This document shows positions 27,990-41,451 of a stretch of 64,000 nucleotides of DNA, piece after piece (the stretch's first letter is position 1; the number at the start of each line of letters is the position of its first letter). Origin of the DNA: a virus. The translations under genes and the position numbers were made by a program. The notes beneath the pieces are model-generated. The model was not told the origin of the DNA. It saw nothing but the letters and a program-made list of their open reading frames with translations, and searched no databases. Location of the stretch: IMG/VR virus record IMGVR_UViG_3300032296_003821, positions 30,995 to 94,994 of that record; one strand, written 5' to 3'.

Positions 27990-29252
27990 ATGGCAACTTG
28001 GAAAAAAGTCATTGTCTCGGGTAGTGCAGCAAACCTATCAGCTTTACAAGTAGACAACTTAACTTCCGGTCAGGTAGTAATTGGTGGTGGTACAGGTAAC
28101 TTATCCACAACAGCAGTTAACGGCACCGGAAACATTGTAGCAACTACTGGTGCTACAGGATTATCAGCATCTGGTTCATTTAGTGGTTCATTTCAAGGTA
28201 CTTTTACAGGTACTACGAATTTACCTGATTTAACTCAAGGTACTGGTATTACAGCATTTACGTATGACGGTGGTGCTACAGCAACAGTAGCAGTAAGTGG
28301 TGCATCTGCTTTAAGTACTAATAACATTACAAAATGGACAGGTACAGCATTTGCAAACTCCTCATTAACTGATAATGGTACAGCAATTACAGGTACTACT
28401 TCATTGCAATTATCTGGTGCCAATTCAAGCCTTTCAGGATCATTTAGTGGTTCATTCTTTGGTAATGGTGCTGGCTTAACGGGTGTTACTGCAACTCCAA
28501 TATTCCCAACAATTGCTAAAACTGATTTAACTAGTACTGATCAATTCTTTATTAATGATGGTGCCAATAAGTATATTACTTATGGTAACCTATTAACTGA
28601 TTTAGCTGGTACTAATTTAGCAGTTGAAGGTACAGATAGTTTAACATTAGCTACTACTATTACAGGTATTACTTCAATTAGTTCAACTGCCTTTACAGGA
28701 TCACTTTTAGGTAATGTTAATGGTACTGCAAGTTGGGCTACAAATGCTTTAACAGCATCTAATATTACTCCTTCAATTACTAATAATACAAATAATTATG
28801 TATTAACAGCAACTGGTGGAGGAACAATTAATGGTGAATCTAATTTACAATTTGATGGTACTACATTAACAGTAACAGGTAATCAAGTATTAACTGGTAA
28901 TTTAACAGTACAAGGTACAGCTTCATTCCAACAAACTACTAATTTAGAAGTTGCTGATAGATTTGTATTATTAGCTTCAGGTTCAAATACTGCAGGCGAT
29001 GGTGGTTTAGTAATTCAACAAGGTACTCAAAACGTAGGTGAATTGTTTGGATATGAAAACTCAATTAATCGTTGGGGTTTCACATCAAGTTTTTCAGCAG
29101 GAAATTCTTCATTTTCAGCAGTAGCATATGCAACTACTACAGAAGTTTCTACAGCAGCCCCTGCAGCAGCTCCAATTTATGGTGGTGCTTCTAACGGCTA
29201 TGGTAATATACATGTTAATACAGCTACAGGAGATATTTTTATCTACTCTTAA
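27990..29252 (+). CDS. Tail fibre/structural protein
   Basis: [12 protein letters not shown]; SGSFSGSF; GNLTVQGT..NLEVADRFVLL motif common in phage fibres. Confidence 0.7.
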   Translation: MATWKKVIVSGSAANLSALQVDNLTSGQVVIGGGTGNLSTTAVNGTGNIVATTGATGLSASGSFSGSFQGTFTGTTNLPDLTQGTGITAFTYDGGATATVAVSGASALSTNNITKWTGTAFANSSLTDNGTAITGTTSLQLSGANSSLSGSFSGSFFGNGAGLTGVTATPIFPTIAKTDLTSTDQFFINDGANKYITYGNLLTDLAGTNLAVEGTDSLTLATTITGITSISSTAFTGSLLGNVNGTASWATNALTASNITPSITNNTNNYVLTATGGGTINGESNLQFDGTTLTVTGNQVLTGNLTVQGTASFQQTTNLEVADRFVLLASGSNTAGDGGLVIQQGTQNVGELFGYENSINRWGFTSSFSAGNSSFSAVAYATTTEVSTAAPAAAPIYGGASNGYGNIHVNTATGDIFIYS

Positions 29253-29271
29253 TAAATTAAATAAATTAGTT

Positions 29272-29472
29272 ATGTCTTTTATCGCAGGTCACGTCGCAGG
29301 TGATAATAATGAGAAAAAACAACAACCTCTATCTTCTAACCAATTAACGGCTAAGGAGATAGAGGTTTTGCTTTCTATGATTAAACGTACAACTTTCCTT
29401 GGAGAGGATATTGAACCTTTATATAATTTGGTTGTAAAATTACAAAACCAATACATAGAACAAACTAAATAA
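29272..29472 (+). CDS. Small helical protein (possible fibre assembly chaperone)
   Basis: Start re-called at ATG 29272 (MSFIAGH..) after the upstream stop; LTAKEIEVLLSMIK..F.GEDIE. Confidence 0.55.
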   Translation: MSFIAGHVAGDNNEKKQQPLSSNQLTAKEIEVLLSMIKRTTFLGEDIEPLYNLVVKLQNQYIEQTK

Positions 29473-29480
29473 TTTAAGTT

Positions 29481-29720
29481 ATGAACCTATTCTCAGTTGA
29501 CTTTTCCCATGCGGAATTGAACTTTATCCGTCAAGCATTAGAAACAGTTCCAATTCAAGGACGTGATGCTAAATTTTGTGCCTCTATTCAAATTAAGCTA
29601 GAACATGAACTAGAGGAAATTACACAAATGATTAAAGCTGAAGAAGAATCAAAAATGTTAAGTCTTCAACAGATAATCCAACATGAAGAAACAAAAACTT
29701 CAACCAGGAAAAAACAATAA
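29481..29720 (+). CDS. Small helical protein (possible fibre assembly chaperone)
   Basis: ELNFIRQALETVPIQGRDAK; similar in character to the preceding ORF. Confidence 0.55.
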   Translation: MNLFSVDFSHAELNFIRQALETVPIQGRDAKFCASIQIKLEHELEEITQMIKAEEESKMLSLQQIIQHEETKTSTRKKQ

Positions 29721-29734
29721 TATATTTATTACCG

Positions 29735-29792
29735 TATTATAGGCCCGAAAAGGGAAGTGGACACAGCATATTCTGTGTAACCAACCGTAATA
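29735..29792 (+). ncRNA. Candidate structured cis-regulatory RNA (three-way junction) in the 5' UTR of the collagen fibre gene
   Basis: P1 TATTAT(A)GG/CCGTAATA; P2 CCC-GAAAA-GGG; P3 TGG-ACACAG-catatt-CTGTGT-aa-CCA; GC-richer island in an AT-rich spacer. Confidence 0.45.
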
Positions 29793-29801
29793 AACATATA
29801 A

Positions 29802-32090
29802 ATGCCAAACTGGAAAAAAGTCATAGTATCGGGCTCGGATGCAGCCTTAAATTCTTTAAACGTAACATCCCACTTCACGGCAAGTGGTCTTATATATCCA
29901 ACTGTAGATGGTACTGTTGGTCAAGTTATTATAACTGATGGTGCTGGAAATCTTTCATTTTCTCCTATAGAAAATACAGCAATAGTAATTAAAAATGTTT
30001 CAGGAGGTACTATTGCAAAAGGTACTCCATGTTATATTACATCATCTGGTACCTCAGGTAATATTGCTGGTGTTTGGCCTGCAGATGCCTCTAATCCTGC
30101 ACGAATGCCTGCAGGAGTCATTGCAGGAGAGACATTAAATAATGGTGATGAGGGTGTAGGTTTAATTAATGGCTATATTGGAGGTGTAGACACTTCAGCA
30201 TTCGGTGCTGGTGATTCAATATATGTTAAAGCTGGTGGTGGTTATACTAATGTACGCCCAACAGGCTCATCTATTTTAGTACAAAAACTAGGTAATGTTG
30301 AAAAATCAGCTATCAATGGTTCAGGTGTAATCAACGGCCCAGCATATTATAATGATTTACCCAATATACAATCAGGTTATACTTGGGTAGGAAATAGCAA
30401 CGGAGTTGCAGTTGCAGTTGCAACATCTTCAATTCAAAATGTAGTAAGTGCTTCATATGCTACTTCAGCTTCATATGCTCAATTTGCCGCTACTCCAACA
30501 GTAGCAGGTGCAACAGGAGCAACAGGACCTCAAGGTGCTACTGGAATTACTGGCGCAACAGGAGTTACTGGTGCAACTGGACCTACTGGACCTCAAGGTG
30601 CTACTGGTGTAACTGGAGCAACAGGACCACAAGGAATTCAAGGAGCAACTGGGGTAACAGGAGCCACTGGTCCACAAGGAATACAAGGTGCAACAGGAGT
30701 TACTGGAGCTACTGGACCACAAGGGATACAAGGCGCAACAGGTATTACTGGAGCGACAGGCCCACAAGGAATACAAGGCGCAACAGGTATTACTGGAGCA
30801 ACAGGCCCAACTGGACCACAAGGTGCTACTGGTATTACTGGTGCCACTGGTATAACAGGTGCTACTGGAGTTACTGGAGCGACAGGCCCAACTGGACCGC
30901 AAGGTGCAACCGGAGTAACTGGAGCTACTGGACCAACAGGTCCACAAGGCGCAACAGGTGTAACTGGAGCAACTGGTCCACAAGGAATACAAGGTGCAAC
31001 AGGAATCACTGGTGCAACAGGACCACAAGGGATACAAGGTGCAACCGGAGTAACCGGAGCAACAGGTCCTCAAGGTCCACAGGGCGCAACCGGAGTAACA
31101 GGTGCTACTGGAGTTACTGGTGCAACAGGTATTACTGGAGCTACTGGACCACAAGGCCCGCAAGGCGCAACTGGGGTAACAGGTGCTACTGGTCCACAAG
31201 GACCACAGGGCGCAACCGGAGTAACCGGAGCAACAGGGCCACAAGGTCCGCAAGGAGCTACTGGGATAACAGGCGCAACTGGAGTAACTGGTGCTACTGG
31301 GATAACAGGTGCAACCGGAGTAACAGGTGCAACAGGTCCTCAAGGAATACAAGGCGCGACAGGAGTAACTGGAGCTACTGGTCCACAAGGAATACAAGGT
31401 GCTACTGGTGTAACTGGAGCTACTGGACCACAAGGTCCGCAAGGCGCAACAGGAGTAACCGGAGCTACGGGACCGCAAGGTCCACAAGGTGCCACTGGTG
31501 TGACAGGTGCGACAGGTGTAACTGGAGCTACTGGACCGCAAGGCGCAACCGGAGTAACCGGAGCTACTGGAGTTACTGGTGCAACAGGCGTTACTGGAGC
31601 TACTGGTGTTACAGGTGCTACTGGTGCTACATTAGCTGTAAACAATAACGTTAACAACTATGTTATTACCGCTACTGGAGGATCAAGTGTAAATGGTGAA
31701 GCTAACATGACGTTCGATGGTTCTACATTAAATGTTACAGGTACTATCCGCGCTACAACTAAATCCTTTATCATTGACCACCCAACCAAACTCAATAAAA
31801 AATTACAATATGGTGTACTCGAGGGACCTGAACATTCAGTTTACCTTAGAGGACATTTATATAATACTAATGCAATTATATTCCCAGAATATTGGTCTAC
31901 TTTAGTATCAATAGATTCAACAACTGTTTCATTAACACCAGTTGGAAAGTACCAAAATTTATGGGTAAAAGAAATTACAGATACTCACATTATTGTAGGT
32001 TCTGAAACAGAAGAAATCAATTGTTTCTATGCTGTGTTTGCAGAACGTAAAGATGTAGAAAAATTAGTAACAGAATTTGACAAAGAATAA
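29802..32090 (+). CDS. Collagen-like fibre protein
   Basis: [12 protein letters not shown]; ~125 Gly-X-Y triplets; C-terminal [23 protein letters not shown] domain. Confidence 0.85.
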   Translation: MPNWKKVIVSGSDAALNSLNVTSHFTASGLIYPTVDGTVGQVIITDGAGNLSFSPIENTAIVIKNVSGGTIAKGTPCYITSSGTSGNIAGVWPADASNPARMPAGVIAGETLNNGDEGVGLINGYIGGVDTSAFGAGDSIYVKAGGGYTNVRPTGSSILVQKLGNVEKSAINGSGVINGPAYYNDLPNIQSGYTWVGNSNGVAVAVATSSIQNVVSASYATSASYAQFAATPTVAGATGATGPQGATGITGATGVTGATGPTGPQGATGVTGATGPQGIQGATGVTGATGPQGIQGATGVTGATGPQGIQGATGITGATGPQGIQGATGITGATGPTGPQGATGITGATGITGATGVTGATGPTGPQGATGVTGATGPTGPQGATGVTGATGPQGIQGATGITGATGPQGIQGATGVTGATGPQGPQGATGVTGATGVTGATGITGATGPQGPQGATGVTGATGPQGPQGATGVTGATGPQGPQGATGITGATGVTGATGITGATGVTGATGPQGIQGATGVTGATGPQGIQGATGVTGATGPQGPQGATGVTGATGPQGPQGATGVTGATGVTGATGPQGATGVTGATGVTGATGVTGATGVTGATGATLAVNNNVNNYVITATGGSSVNGEANMTFDGSTLNVTGTIRATTKSFIIDHPTKLNKKLQYGVLEGPEHSVYLRGHLYNTNAIIFPEYWSTLVSIDSTTVSLTPVGKYQNLWVKEITDTHIIVGSETEEINCFYAVFAERKDVEKLVTEFDKE
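30507..31631 (+). repeat. Collagen-like repeat, ~125 Gly-X-Y triplets ([18 protein letters not shown])
   Basis: Uninterrupted 9-bp period. Confidence 0.95.
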
Positions 32091-32093
32091 GTT

Positions 32094-32729
32094 ATGGCTC
32101 TAAATTATGGCCCTAATATAGTTACTAATGGATTAATCCTCCATTGGGACCCAGCTGATAAAAATTCTTATCCTGGATCTGGTACTACTATGTATGATTT
32201 AACAGGAAATGGAAACCATGCAACATTATATAATGGTGTAGGATATAATACTACCAATGGTGGTGTTTTAGAATTTGATGGTGCCAATGATATTGCTCAT
32301 GGGGGGCCTAATATGGCATCTTCTAATTATACATTAATGGGAGTTGCTAGATATGTAACAATTACCGGACGAGTTATTGCTGGGTGGTATAATAACTGGT
32401 TATTAGGTCATTGGGCTGGATACACAAATGATCACTATGCTGAAGGATGGGTATATTATAACCCAACTATCCAAAATACCAACTGGGCTATTTATGCTGG
32501 CTCAGGAAATATTACATCAGATTCTTATCAATTTTACATGAATAATGTATTATTAGCTTCAAATAGTGAAGGCAGTCAAGGACCTAATGGGATAACACTT
32601 GGTGCTGGAGGAGGGGGATATGAATATTCAAATGCACAAACAGGACCTATACTGTTATATAACAGAGTGTTAACTCAACAAGAATTAACTCAAAATTACA
32701 ACTCATTAAAATCAAGATTCGGATTATAA
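32094..32729 (+). CDS. LamG/concanavalin-like lectin domain virion protein
   Basis: GPNIVTNGLILHWD.A..NSYPGSGTT..DL.GN; FDGAND; YNRVLT..E..QNYN...RFGL. Confidence 0.8.
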   Translation: MALNYGPNIVTNGLILHWDPADKNSYPGSGTTMYDLTGNGNHATLYNGVGYNTTNGGVLEFDGANDIAHGGPNMASSNYTLMGVARYVTITGRVIAGWYNNWLLGHWAGYTNDHYAEGWVYYNPTIQNTNWAIYAGSGNITSDSYQFYMNNVLLASNSEGSQGPNGITLGAGGGGYEYSNAQTGPILLYNRVLTQQELTQNYNSLKSRFGL

Positions 32730-32730
32730 T

Positions 32731-34092
32731 ATGCCAACTTCAGTAGGACCAAATATCGTTAAACAAGAAAACTTAAAAACCGTTTTAGAAGCAGCAGATG
32801 TTAACTCTATGCTTCCTATGTCTACATTTTTAAATATGTCTTCATGGGTTGTAGGAAATGGAGGAATAGGTAATTACTCTGCAAATGGTAATTATGGAGA
32901 AAATGAACGCTTAATAGGAACCGATCCGTGGGGTAATTCTGCAATAGTTTGGCAATCAAATCCTTCTGGAGATAATTATGCTGATGGTGGATGGAATAAT
33001 GGATATTACAGTATTGACAGAACAAAATTATATAGATGGTCAGTTTGGGTAAAACGTACATCTTCAACTACCGGTGGTACTAGTTACCTTGGACTTTATG
33101 GTTCAGGTGGTACTTGGGGAGTTGAACGTTTAGATAATGGAGCTAATGAAGGTAATCCATATTGGGAATGTGCTTCTACTTCTGTTTACACCCAAGATCA
33201 ATGGTATCTTTTAGTAGGCCATTGCTACCCAGCAGGAACAACAGGTGTTCCTGGAAATAAACATCCTGATACAGGAAGATATACAGTTAATGGAAGAGAT
33301 GGAGATTTAAATTATTGTAACATTGGTGGAGATGTACGTTGGTTAAGTGATTCAACTGTGGGTTTACATAGAACATATCACTACTATTGTGCAGATAATA
33401 CAACTCATTTACAATGGTATGATCCTAGATTTGAAATATGTGACGGTACAGAACCAACTATTTCAGAATTACTTTCTAACCCAGCAACATTTTTCAGAGA
33501 TGTTTCAGGTAATAGTATTAAAGGTAATTTAAAAAATGGTGTTCAACAAGATAGATCTAATTTAGGAGCTATGATTTTTGATGGCACTGATGATTATATT
33601 AATATAGGAGCAGGCACTGGATTAAATCAATTTTCTGGAGATTTTACTATTTCTTTATGGGCTATGAGAACAGGAGGTGGTAGTTATGGAAATTTAATTG
33701 GTGATTATTATACAAACACAGTAGCAACAACAGGAGAATGGCAAATAATGATGGGTCCTGAATCCCAATTTAACCTATATAAAGTAGGACCTGGATATGT
33801 TATTGGAAACACAGCATCCGGTTTTTCAAATTATACATGGATAAATGTAGTAGTAACTCGTAGTGGAACAGCTGTTACAATGTATGCTAATGGAAATATA
33901 ATAGCAACAGGTACTGATTCCACTAGTTACGGTACAGTAACTGGAAATCTAAACATTGGAATAGATGGAAATAACACCTCAGAACCATTTCCTGGTAAAA
34001 TTGCTAATATCCAAATATATGATATAGCGTTAACATCAACAGAAGTAAGACAAAACTTCAATAGATATAAAACACGTTTTAATTTAAGTTAA
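32731..34092 (+). CDS. LamG-domain virion protein with an inserted domain
   Basis: FDGTDDYI; WINVVVTR; IYDIALTSTEVRQNFN..KTRF. Confidence 0.8.
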   Translation: MPTSVGPNIVKQENLKTVLEAADVNSMLPMSTFLNMSSWVVGNGGIGNYSANGNYGENERLIGTDPWGNSAIVWQSNPSGDNYADGGWNNGYYSIDRTKLYRWSVWVKRTSSTTGGTSYLGLYGSGGTWGVERLDNGANEGNPYWECASTSVYTQDQWYLLVGHCYPAGTTGVPGNKHPDTGRYTVNGRDGDLNYCNIGGDVRWLSDSTVGLHRTYHYYCADNTTHLQWYDPRFEICDGTEPTISELLSNPATFFRDVSGNSIKGNLKNGVQQDRSNLGAMIFDGTDDYINIGAGTGLNQFSGDFTISLWAMRTGGGSYGNLIGDYYTNTVATTGEWQIMMGPESQFNLYKVGPGYVIGNTASGFSNYTWINVVVTRSGTAVTMYANGNIIATGTDSTSYGTVTGNLNIGIDGNNTSEPFPGKIANIQIYDIALTSTEVRQNFNRYKTRFNLS

Positions 34093-34095
34093 GAT

Positions 34096-35325
34096 ATGGC
34101 AGTAGCAAATGGGTTTGGAAAAGTAACAATGTCTGGTTCAGTGTTTATGTATGACACTGGAGATAATGTAAATTCTTATATTGGAGAACCTACTACAAAC
34201 TACCAATGGAATGGAGGGTCTGAAGTAACGCCATCATACAGTGATTGGACAGGAGCCCCAGCTCCCGTTAATGTAACTAATACTGTAAATCAAGGTCCTA
34301 TTAAAGGGGCAAAAACCTGGAAATTTATAAAAAATGGTAATTCAAACCAATGGCATGGTTGGGAAGCTACTTATGGAGGGATTTGGACAGGAAACTCTGG
34401 AGATGTTTGGACCACTAGTTATTGGTACAAAACAACTGCTCCTGCAGGAATTTCTAACTTTGGAATAGGATATTTTTACAAACCAGATTGGTCTGCTCCA
34501 TTTAATACAACAATATTAGCAGATGTTAGTAGTATTATTCCTGATGGGCAATGGCATTATAATTATACCGTAACAAGATTTAATGAAAATTATTCAAATG
34601 CTATTATTGTTGATGGTCCTTCTTGGGGATATAGTGGTCAAGCTGGCGAACTTTATATAAATGGACTACAATGGGAAAAAAAATTTCACTCAACTCCATT
34701 TGCATATGGCACTCGTTCTACTACACAAGGTTTATTACCATTAATAAGTAATTCAACAATTGATTTATCTAATACATCATTTGACTCAAATGCTCAATTG
34801 ATATTTGATGGTACTGATGATAGAATTTTACTTACTAATTTTACTAATAAACCTACTACATCCATTACTTGTGAAACTATAATTAAACCTACTAGACCTT
34901 CAGTAGGTACGGGTACTGTACGAGGTGGTGCTATATCATCAACTAATAGTATGTATTTAGGAATTATTGACTCGATAGACGGGGGAAATACATTTGCAAT
35001 GCATTGGGCTAACCAAACAGTAAATAGTAGGGTTTATAATTGGAACGGGCAAATACCTAATAATGCTTATTCTTATTTAGTTGGAACATATGACGGAACA
35101 ACTGCAAGAGCTTATCTTAATGGTATTGAAATATGGTCAACTTCACAAACTGGAAATATCCCTGATGCAGAATATTATATTGGCACATATGGTGGAGCCC
35201 CAGTTGATGGAGTTCATAATTTTAATGGCTATATCCCTGTAGCTAAAATATATAATAGAGCATTATCCCCCTCAGAAATTAAACAAAACTACAACAAATA
35301 TAAAACACGTTTTAATTTACCATAA
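34096..35325 (+). CDS. LamG-domain virion protein with an inserted carbohydrate-binding-like domain
   Basis: FDGTDD; LVGTYDG...YLNG; IYNRALSPSEIKQNYN..KTRF. Confidence 0.8.
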   Translation: MAVANGFGKVTMSGSVFMYDTGDNVNSYIGEPTTNYQWNGGSEVTPSYSDWTGAPAPVNVTNTVNQGPIKGAKTWKFIKNGNSNQWHGWEATYGGIWTGNSGDVWTTSYWYKTTAPAGISNFGIGYFYKPDWSAPFNTTILADVSSIIPDGQWHYNYTVTRFNENYSNAIIVDGPSWGYSGQAGELYINGLQWEKKFHSTPFAYGTRSTTQGLLPLISNSTIDLSNTSFDSNAQLIFDGTDDRILLTNFTNKPTTSITCETIIKPTRPSVGTGTVRGGAISSTNSMYLGIIDSIDGGNTFAMHWANQTVNSRVYNWNGQIPNNAYSYLVGTYDGTTARAYLNGIEIWSTSQTGNIPDAEYYIGTYGGAPVDGVHNFNGYIPVAKIYNRALSPSEIKQNYNKYKTRFNLP

Positions 35326-35337
35326 TATTTATCATAG

Positions 35338-35682
35338 ATGGATATATTTAAAAATAGAAGATGGTTGGTAATTCCAACAACATTAACAGGATCAATTGAC
35401 TTTGGACAAGTTTTAGAATCAGGTCCTGAAGCTTTACGTTTATCAGTAGATGGTACTCAAACATTTGTAAAATATGATATTAATATTGTAGAAGAAGATT
35501 ATACAGTAGTAGTACCAAACCCCGAAACTGGACAAGAAGATTCATATGTTGTATATGCTGGACTTTATGGAAGACCAGATATTTATTCCCCAGAATACCC
35601 AGAATATACACATCAACCAATGTTAGAATTACTAGCAACACCGGAATGGACACAACCATTACCTACAGAACCAATAAAGTAA
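35338..35682 (+). CDS. Phage hypothetical protein (fibre-associated)
   Basis: IDFGQVLE...[14 protein letters not shown]...YTH..ML.LL.TPEW; follows the LamG genes. Confidence 0.6.
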   Translation: MDIFKNRRWLVIPTTLTGSIDFGQVLESGPEALRLSVDGTQTFVKYDINIVEEDYTVVVPNPETGQEDSYVVYAGLYGRPDIYSPEYPEYTHQPMLELLATPEWTQPLPTEPIK

Positions 35683-35683
35683 C

Positions 35684-38572
<2,889 letters not shown>

Positions 38573-38584
38573 AATAATTAATTT

Positions 38585-39088
38585 ATGGCAATTATAATAA
38601 ATGGCTTTAATACAGGTGCACCTAAAATAGTAGGTCTTCAAGTAGGAAATGGTACCACAGTAACAGGTACTACCTCAGCAACCCTAAGTGCAACTATTAC
38701 TATCCCTGCAAATACTTTAGCTACTAACTCAATTTTAGAGGTAGTTTGGTCTACTGTTAGATCTAGTGGTGCAAATAATGTTATTCAAGGACAAGTATAT
38801 GTTAATACATCAAATTCATTAACAGGTGCTACCCAAATTGCATTAGGTGCCAATATAGCAGCAGCATCCTCAGCAGTTAAAGGTGCTAGGGATATACAGA
38901 AACTAAACACTAGTTGTCAAATAATGCAAGTTACTCAATTTGCCTCAGATTTTTCTGTTACAGCCGCTCCTTCAACCTTTACTTTAAATAATGCAAATAC
39001 TATATATTTTCTTTTTGCTTGCCTAAATTTATCAGCATCAGATTCATCCTATATAAACAGAATAAGAATTACAGAATATGCCCCTTAA
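38585..39088 (+). CDS. Putative fibre tip/structural protein
   Basis: S/T/A-rich beta protein; ITIPANTL motif. Confidence 0.5.
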   Translation: MAIIINGFNTGAPKIVGLQVGNGTTVTGTTSATLSATITIPANTLATNSILEVVWSTVRSSGANNVIQGQVYVNTSNSLTGATQIALGANIAAASSAVKGARDIQKLNTSCQIMQVTQFASDFSVTAAPSTFTLNNANTIYFLFACLNLSASDSSYINRIRITEYAP

Positions 39089-39314
39089 TTTAACTAAAAT
39101 TGAAAATGGGTTTGAGATGAATGAATCTCCCTATTTATTTGAAAACTTTGACCATGAAGGTCAATCAGTTAGATACTATATCCAATCCACAGATCAAGTT
39201 CTTGTAGGAACCGATCAAGGAATTATATTATTTGATTTAACGGTATCTATTGATAACGTATTTTATAATACTATTCAAGAATTTACTGATAAGTTATTTG
39301 AACCTTTATCTTAA
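39078..39314 (+). CDS. Hypothetical protein
   Basis: 78-aa ORF overlapping the upstream stop. Confidence 0.55.
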   Translation: MPLNLTKIENGFEMNESPYLFENFDHEGQSVRYYIQSTDQVLVGTDQGIILFDLTVSIDNVFYNTIQEFTDKLFEPLS

Positions 39315-39320
39315 TAGATA

Positions 39321-39352
39321 TTTGGTTATTTAAAAAATAGTTTTTATATTAT
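39321..39352 (+). promoter_or_regulatory. Bacteroidota-type host-sigma promoter
   Basis: TTTG (39321) - 20 nt - TATATTAT (39345). Confidence 0.5.
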
Positions 39353-39370
39353 TGTTATATTTAATTTGTT

Positions 39371-40267
39371 ATGGAAAAAAAATATTCAATTTTTCATATT
39401 GAAGGTGGACTAGGCAAACATATTGCAGCAACTGCTGTTGCACGTTGTATTAAGAAAAACCACCCCAATAGAGATCTTATTATAGTTTGTGCTTACCCAC
39501 AAATATTTTTAAATTTAGACTTTGTATCTCGTGTGTATAGAATAGGACATACTCCTTATTTCTATAAAGATTACATTGATCAAAAAGATTCAATGATTTT
39601 CAAACATGAACCATATTTTACAACAGAACATATCCACAAGAAACTCCCATTAATTGAAAATTGGTGTAAGTTATTTGGTTTAAAATACAATGGTGAACAA
39701 CCCGAAATTGTATTTAACAAAAGAGAGCTTCAAAAATATCGTCAAATTTGGCAAGCAGAAAAACCAATATTTGTAATCCAAAGTAATGGAGGTATGCTAC
39801 CTTCTGATAGTGGCTTACCTTATCGTTGGACTAGAGATATTCCTTTTAATATCGTACAAAATATTGTAGAAAGATATAAAGAACAATACACAATCTATCA
39901 AGTCACTAGACCAGGATCCCCAGTAGCATCCGGTGTTATACAAATATCACATGAAATGGCTTCAATGGAATTTCTTTCTATTCTTTTAAATTCCGAAAAA
40001 CGATTATTGATAGATTCTTCATTGCAACATGCCGCGGCTGCTTTAAATTTACCTTCAACAGTACTGTGGGCAGGCACATCTCCAAAAGTATTTGGATATG
40101 ATATTCACGATAATATTGTAGCTAAAATACCTGAAGGTCAAAAACTACCTGATAGTTATTTATTTGATTATGATTTTGAAGGTCAAGTCCATGAATACCC
40201 ATATACAGAAGACTTTATATTTGATGTAGATACCATAGTAAAATCATTAACACGACAAAGTTTATAA
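39371..40267 (+). CDS. Glycosyltransferase, GT-B fold (GT9/heptosyltransferase-like)
   Basis: IEGGLGKHIAATAV N-terminal motif; LLIDSSLQHAAAALNLPSTVLWAGTSPKVFGY matches the GT9 DS..H.A.A...P...L.G.T motif. Confidence 0.75.
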   Translation: MEKKYSIFHIEGGLGKHIAATAVARCIKKNHPNRDLIIVCAYPQIFLNLDFVSRVYRIGHTPYFYKDYIDQKDSMIFKHEPYFTTEHIHKKLPLIENWCKLFGLKYNGEQPEIVFNKRELQKYRQIWQAEKPIFVIQSNGGMLPSDSGLPYRWTRDIPFNIVQNIVERYKEQYTIYQVTRPGSPVASGVIQISHEMASMEFLSILLNSEKRLLIDSSLQHAAAALNLPSTVLWAGTSPKVFGYDIHDNIVAKIPEGQKLPDSYLFDYDFEGQVHEYPYTEDFIFDVDTIVKSLTRQSL

Positions 40268-41082
40268 TGCAAAAGTTATTTTTTCAATCTAGTTTACCTA
40301 GAGCAGGTTCAACCCTATTACAAAATATTTTAGGACAAAACCCAGATTTTTATGTAACACCAACTTCCGGTGTTTTAGAATTGGTTTATGCCGCACGTAA
40401 CAATTATTCAAATTCTGCTGAATTTAAAGCACAAGATGATAACTTGATGCGAGAAGGATTTAGACAATTTTGCCATGATGGTGTTACTGGATTTTTTAAA
40501 GCAGTAACAGATAAACCATACGTAATAGACAAAAGTAGAGGATGGGGATACCATAGAGATTTCCTTGATTTCTTCTATCCAAACCCAAAAATTGTTTGTA
40601 TGATTAGAGATCCTAGAGCAATATTTGCCTCTATGGAAAAAAACTTTAGAAAATCCCCCGAATTAGATAAAGGTATAGTTAACCATGCAGAAATGTCAGG
40701 TGTAACCACGGAACAACGCATTGATATATGGGCTGCAGGTGTCCCGGTAGGAATGGCATTTCAGCGTTTATATCAAATGATTAAAGAGGGAACAGATAAA
40801 AATATGTTATTTGTAAAATATGAAGATTTAATGAAAGATCCTCAAGGTGAAATGAATCGTATTTACAAATATTTAGAAATTCCTTCATACACACACGATT
40901 TTGATAATATAGAACAAATTACTCAAGAAGATGATGCTGTATATGGTGTTTATGGTGACCATGTTATTAAACCTAAATTAACTCCTGTAAAACCTGATTG
41001 GAACGAAGTTTTAGGAAAAAATGCAAGTGGTTGGATCAAAAACAACTATGCATGGTTCTATGAATATTTCGGATATATTTAA
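40267..41082 (+). CDS. PAPS-dependent sulfotransferase
   Basis: SLPRAGSTLL (5'-PSB loop); DKSRGW; MIRDPRAIFAS (3'-PB); VKYEDL. Confidence 0.85.
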   Translation: MQKLFFQSSLPRAGSTLLQNILGQNPDFYVTPTSGVLELVYAARNNYSNSAEFKAQDDNLMREGFRQFCHDGVTGFFKAVTDKPYVIDKSRGWGYHRDFLDFFYPNPKIVCMIRDPRAIFASMEKNFRKSPELDKGIVNHAEMSGVTTEQRIDIWAAGVPVGMAFQRLYQMIKEGTDKNMLFVKYEDLMKDPQGEMNRIYKYLEIPSYTHDFDNIEQITQEDDAVYGVYGDHVIKPKLTPVKPDWNEVLGKNASGWIKNNYAWFYEYFGYI

Positions 41083-41090
41083 TATTTATA
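41083..41090 (+). promoter_or_regulatory. Putative late promoter
   Basis: ATATTTATAA upstream of ATG 41101. Confidence 0.55.
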
Positions 41091-41100
41091 AACAAAAAAT

Positions 41101-41433
41101 ATGACAACAACCTGGACAATCCCAAGCTTAAAACGTTTAACTGATGACGGTTTAGTAGTACAAGCAACTTACATTTTTCAAGCTCAAGAACAGAATTTTA
41201 TCAACCGTAAAGTAGGTGATATGACTTTTTCTGGTAGTATAGATGAGCCTGGATTTATTCCTTACGATCAACTTACTCAAGATGATGTATTAGGGTGGGT
41301 ATTTGCTGAATTAGGTGATCAAAAAGCTGTTATTGAAGCCGAAATCACCCTAGCAACTGAAACCCAATACTCAGCATCAATTGCAAATCCATATTCAAAT
41401 GGAGTTCCTTGGAATTCACAACCACAAGGATAA
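41101..41433 (+). CDS. Small phage (tail-associated) protein
   Basis: TWTI..L....DGLVV...; FIPYDQLTQDDVLGWV; ends GVPW. Confidence 0.6.
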   Translation: MTTTWTIPSLKRLTDDGLVVQATYIFQAQEQNFINRKVGDMTFSGSIDEPGFIPYDQLTQDDVLGWVFAELGDQKAVIEAEITLATETQYSASIANPYSNGVPWNSQPQG

Positions 41434-41451
41434 TATAAAATTTAAATAGTT

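Noticed and set aside
29128-29271. N-terminal extension of ORF 29128
   Set aside because: Overlaps the upstream fibre gene out of frame; ATG 29272 has the typical GTTATG context.
29735-29792. Hammerhead ribozyme or tRNA interpretation of the structured leader
   Set aside because: Lacks the CUGANGA core and the cloverleaf/T-loop features; kept only as an unknown structured RNA.
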